A DNA stretch of 59,757 bases. Origin: Kofleriaceae bacterium (lineage in GTDB: Bacteria; Myxococcota_A; Polyangia; Haliangiales; Haliangiaceae). This document shows, in pieces, positions 57,333 through 59,757 of the stretch. The number at the start of each line of letters is the position of its first letter. Within the stretch, counting starts at the first letter, position 1. The DNA is taken from the NCBI GenBank assembly GCA_046597055.1, contig JBKJLC010000062.1, positions 1 through 59,757 of the forward strand. Reading direction: 5' to 3'. Under the pieces are notes generated by a model, which made no database searches, had not been told where the DNA came from, and worked only from the letters and a program-made list of their open reading frames with translations. Position numbers and translations under genes: made by a program.

Positions 57333-59422
57333 GGTTCCTGGCGCCGCTGATGCTGGCCGGCGTCGCCGGGCTGCTGATCCCGCTCGCGATCCACCTGATC
57401 GGGCGGCGCCGGGCGCGGGTCGTGAAGTTCGCGGCGCTCGAGTTCCTGGTGGCGAGCAAGCGACGCACCGCGCGCCGGCTGCGCCTGCGCGAGCGCCTGC
57501 TGCTGCTGGTGCGCGTGCTGGTGTGCATGGCGATCCCGCTGGCGCTGGCCAAGCCGATCACGTCGTGCGCGAGCAAGGGCCCGGTGATCGCGCGGGGTCC
57601 CCAGGCGGCCGTGCTGATCGTCGACGACTCGTTCACCTCGGGCTACATCCACCGCGGCGACACGCTGCTGGCCCGCGCCACCGAGGAGTCGGCCCGCATC
57701 CTGACCCTGCTCGGCCCCGAGGCCGAGGTGGCGGTGGTCCGCGCCAGCGAGGGCGCGGCGCAGCCAACCGAGCTGTCGCGCGAGCACCTGCGCCTGCGCG
57801 ACCAGCTCGCCGATCTGGCGCCGACCGCGCGCCCGGCCGATCTCGATCGCGCGCTGCAGCGGGCCAGCCAGCTGCTCGCCGGCTCCAACCACCAGCGCCA
57901 CACGGTCTACCTGCTGTCGCCGCTGACCCGCGGCGCGCTGCGCGCCAGCAAGCCGCCCTGGGGCCCCGACGGGCCCGCGCTCGAGATCATCGACCTGCGC
58001 GGCGGCGAGCCGTTGCCCAACCTGGCGGTCACCGCGCTGCGGGTCGAGCCCGATCCCGGCGCCGGCACCCGCGGCATCGCGGTGGTCGCCGAGATCGCCA
58101 ACCACGGGCCGGCCCCGGTGGCCGAGGTGACGGTCAGCCTGCGGGTCGCCGGTCAGATCATCGCGCGCGGCCAGCTCGAGCTGATGCCCGGCGAGAAGAA
58201 GGCGAAGCGGTTCCTCGCGTCGTTGCCGCAGGGCCAGCGCTCGGCCGAGGTGGTGGTGGAGCTGCCGGGCGATGCCCTGCCCGCCGACGATCGGCGGTTC
58301 GCGATGGCCCAGCTGCGCGACGACATCCGGGTGCTGCTGGTCGACGGCGACCCGCACGCCAACCGCCACGACGACGAGCTGTTCTACCTCGAAGCGGCGC
58401 TGCGCCCCGGCGACCGCGCCGAGGCCGGCGCCACCGTCACCAAGGTCAACGTCGACGACCTCGACACGGTCGAGCTCGACCAGCACGACGTGGTGGTGCT
58501 GGCCAACGTGCCGGCGCTGTCGGCCGAGCGGGTCGCCAAGCTGGCCGGCTGGGTCGCCACCGGCGGTGGCCTCCTGCTCGCGCCCGGCGACAACATCGAC
58601 GCCGCCGCCTACGAGCGCACGATGCTGCCGCTGCTGGCGCAGAGCCTGCGCGATCCGATCGACACGGCCTGGGGCGCGGCGCCCGACGAGCGCGCGGCGC
58701 GGGCGCTGAAGATGACCAAGTGGGAGGCCGACCACCCGATCTTCTCGCCGTTCGCCAAGGACGCGCCGGGCCTGGCCGACGCCAGCTTCACCAAGATCGC
58801 GCTGCTGGGGCCCACCACCGAGACCGACGACCGCAAGGTCCTGGCCCGCTTCACCAACGGCGCCGCCGCGCTGGTCGAGGCCCGCAAGCGCGATGGCCGG
58901 CTGCTGCTGTACACGTCGACCCTCGATCGCGACTGGAACGACCTGCCGCTGCACCCCGGCTACCTGCCGCTGATGCAGGAGGCGGTCCGGCACCTGGCGC
59001 GCCGGCGGCTGCAGAGCGGCGCGACCGACGCGCTGGTCGGCCAGGGCGTGAGCCTGCCGACCCTCGATCTGCGCAAGCTCGAGGTCCGCGGCGGCGCGCA
59101 GGGCGCGGTGTTCGCCGGCGAGCGCATCGAAGGCCGGCGCTCGGTCCGGTTCATCGGCGGCGACCACCCCGGCATCTACCGCGTGATCGGGACCGACCGG
59201 ACCGGCGCCACCCGCGACCGCGACGAGCTGGCGTTCGCGGTCAACCTCGATCCGCGCGGCAGCGATCTGGCGATGGCGCCGGCGACCGCGCTGCCGGCCG
59301 CGGGTCTGGGCGAGGGCGGCGTGCCGCGCCCGACCCAGCGCCGGGTCGAGCTGTGGCACGCCCTGGCGGCCGCCCTGCTGATCCTGTTGCTGATCGAGAG
59401 CGTCTTGATCCAGCGGACCTAG
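57329..59422 (+). CDS. BatA-domain/VWA protein with glutamine-amidotransferase-like domain
   Basis: GTG start overlaps the DUF58 stop. FLAPLML...IPLAIHLI...LLLLVR (BatA), IVDDSFT, GGGLL, WNDLP and a C-terminal TM. Confidence 0.88.
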
Positions 59423-59480
59423 CTGTCCTCTTGCGCTGGCTCGCTCGATGGGATCGAAGCCCTGCCCTTTTTTCCGGTGG

Positions 59481-59514
59481 CCCTGAGCCGGCGCGAAGCG
59501 CCGTGTCGAAGGGC
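59481..59514. repeat. REP-like intergenic element (CCCTGAG...GTCGAAGGG type)
   Basis: CCCTGAGCCGGCGCGAAGCGCCGTGTCGAAGGGC, with an internal GGCGC-GAA-GCGCC hairpin. Only one copy in this window. Confidence 0.45.
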
Positions 59515-59757
59515 AGCGCTCAGGATTGATCACTTCTTTCGCTTCGGTTCGAAACGCGCTTTCGCTTCGACCCGTGGCGACGCTGGGGTGCGCGCGGCCG
59601 GCCTCGCCGTCGGCGAAGCCGAGGTCCCGGCGCTTGCTCGATCCGGGGTCCCCGGGCGTGACGCACGCCGGTGCCATTGCCCCAACCCACCGACGCACGC
59701 ACCACCCGGCCGGGGAATTTACGAGCGCGCCTGGGACCTCGTCCCCGCCTCGGCTCG

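Overview
High-GC bacterial DNA whose gene content and codon style point to a myxobacterium (Myxococcota, possibly Kofleriaceae/Haliangiales; this is inference). The window has two parts. (1) About 1-14.8 kb is a decaying accessory stress/ion-homeostasis island. Its intact genes are a P-type ATPase, a HAD hydrolase, two universal stress proteins, a CopZ-like chaperone and a small coiled-coil protein. They lie among roughly 15 truncated or frameshifted fragments: IS3 and IS91-like transposases, ImuB, a molybdopterin oxidoreductase interrupted by a 118-bp IS256-type MITE, NarI-like, AI-2E, CysC, USP, cytochrome c-like, epimerase/E2 chimera, VIT1 and an ICE-associated remnant. Several island genes have sigma54-type -24/-12 boxes 11-13 nt before the start codon. 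(2) About 15.2-59.4 kb is intact core-like chromosome. It holds an OmpR-type two-component pair, a Zn-ribbon/SH3-like protein with a histone-H1-like tail, a FIST sensor with kinase, and a Zn-finger ParA with a ribbon-helix-helix partner. Next come an SH3b/beta-barrel protein, an orphan tandem-domain phage/eCIS tail-tube gene, several hydrolases and lipoproteins, and a DUF4331-TPR-HupE module. The right end has a sirtuin, a Pro-rich peptide/zinc peptidase/ATP-grasp/transglycosylase cluster, an ECF sigma/anti-sigma operon, and a DUF4175-peptidase-MoxR-DUF58-BatA operon. I found no rRNA, intact tRNA or CRISPR array. All family calls come from motif recognition by eye, not database searches.
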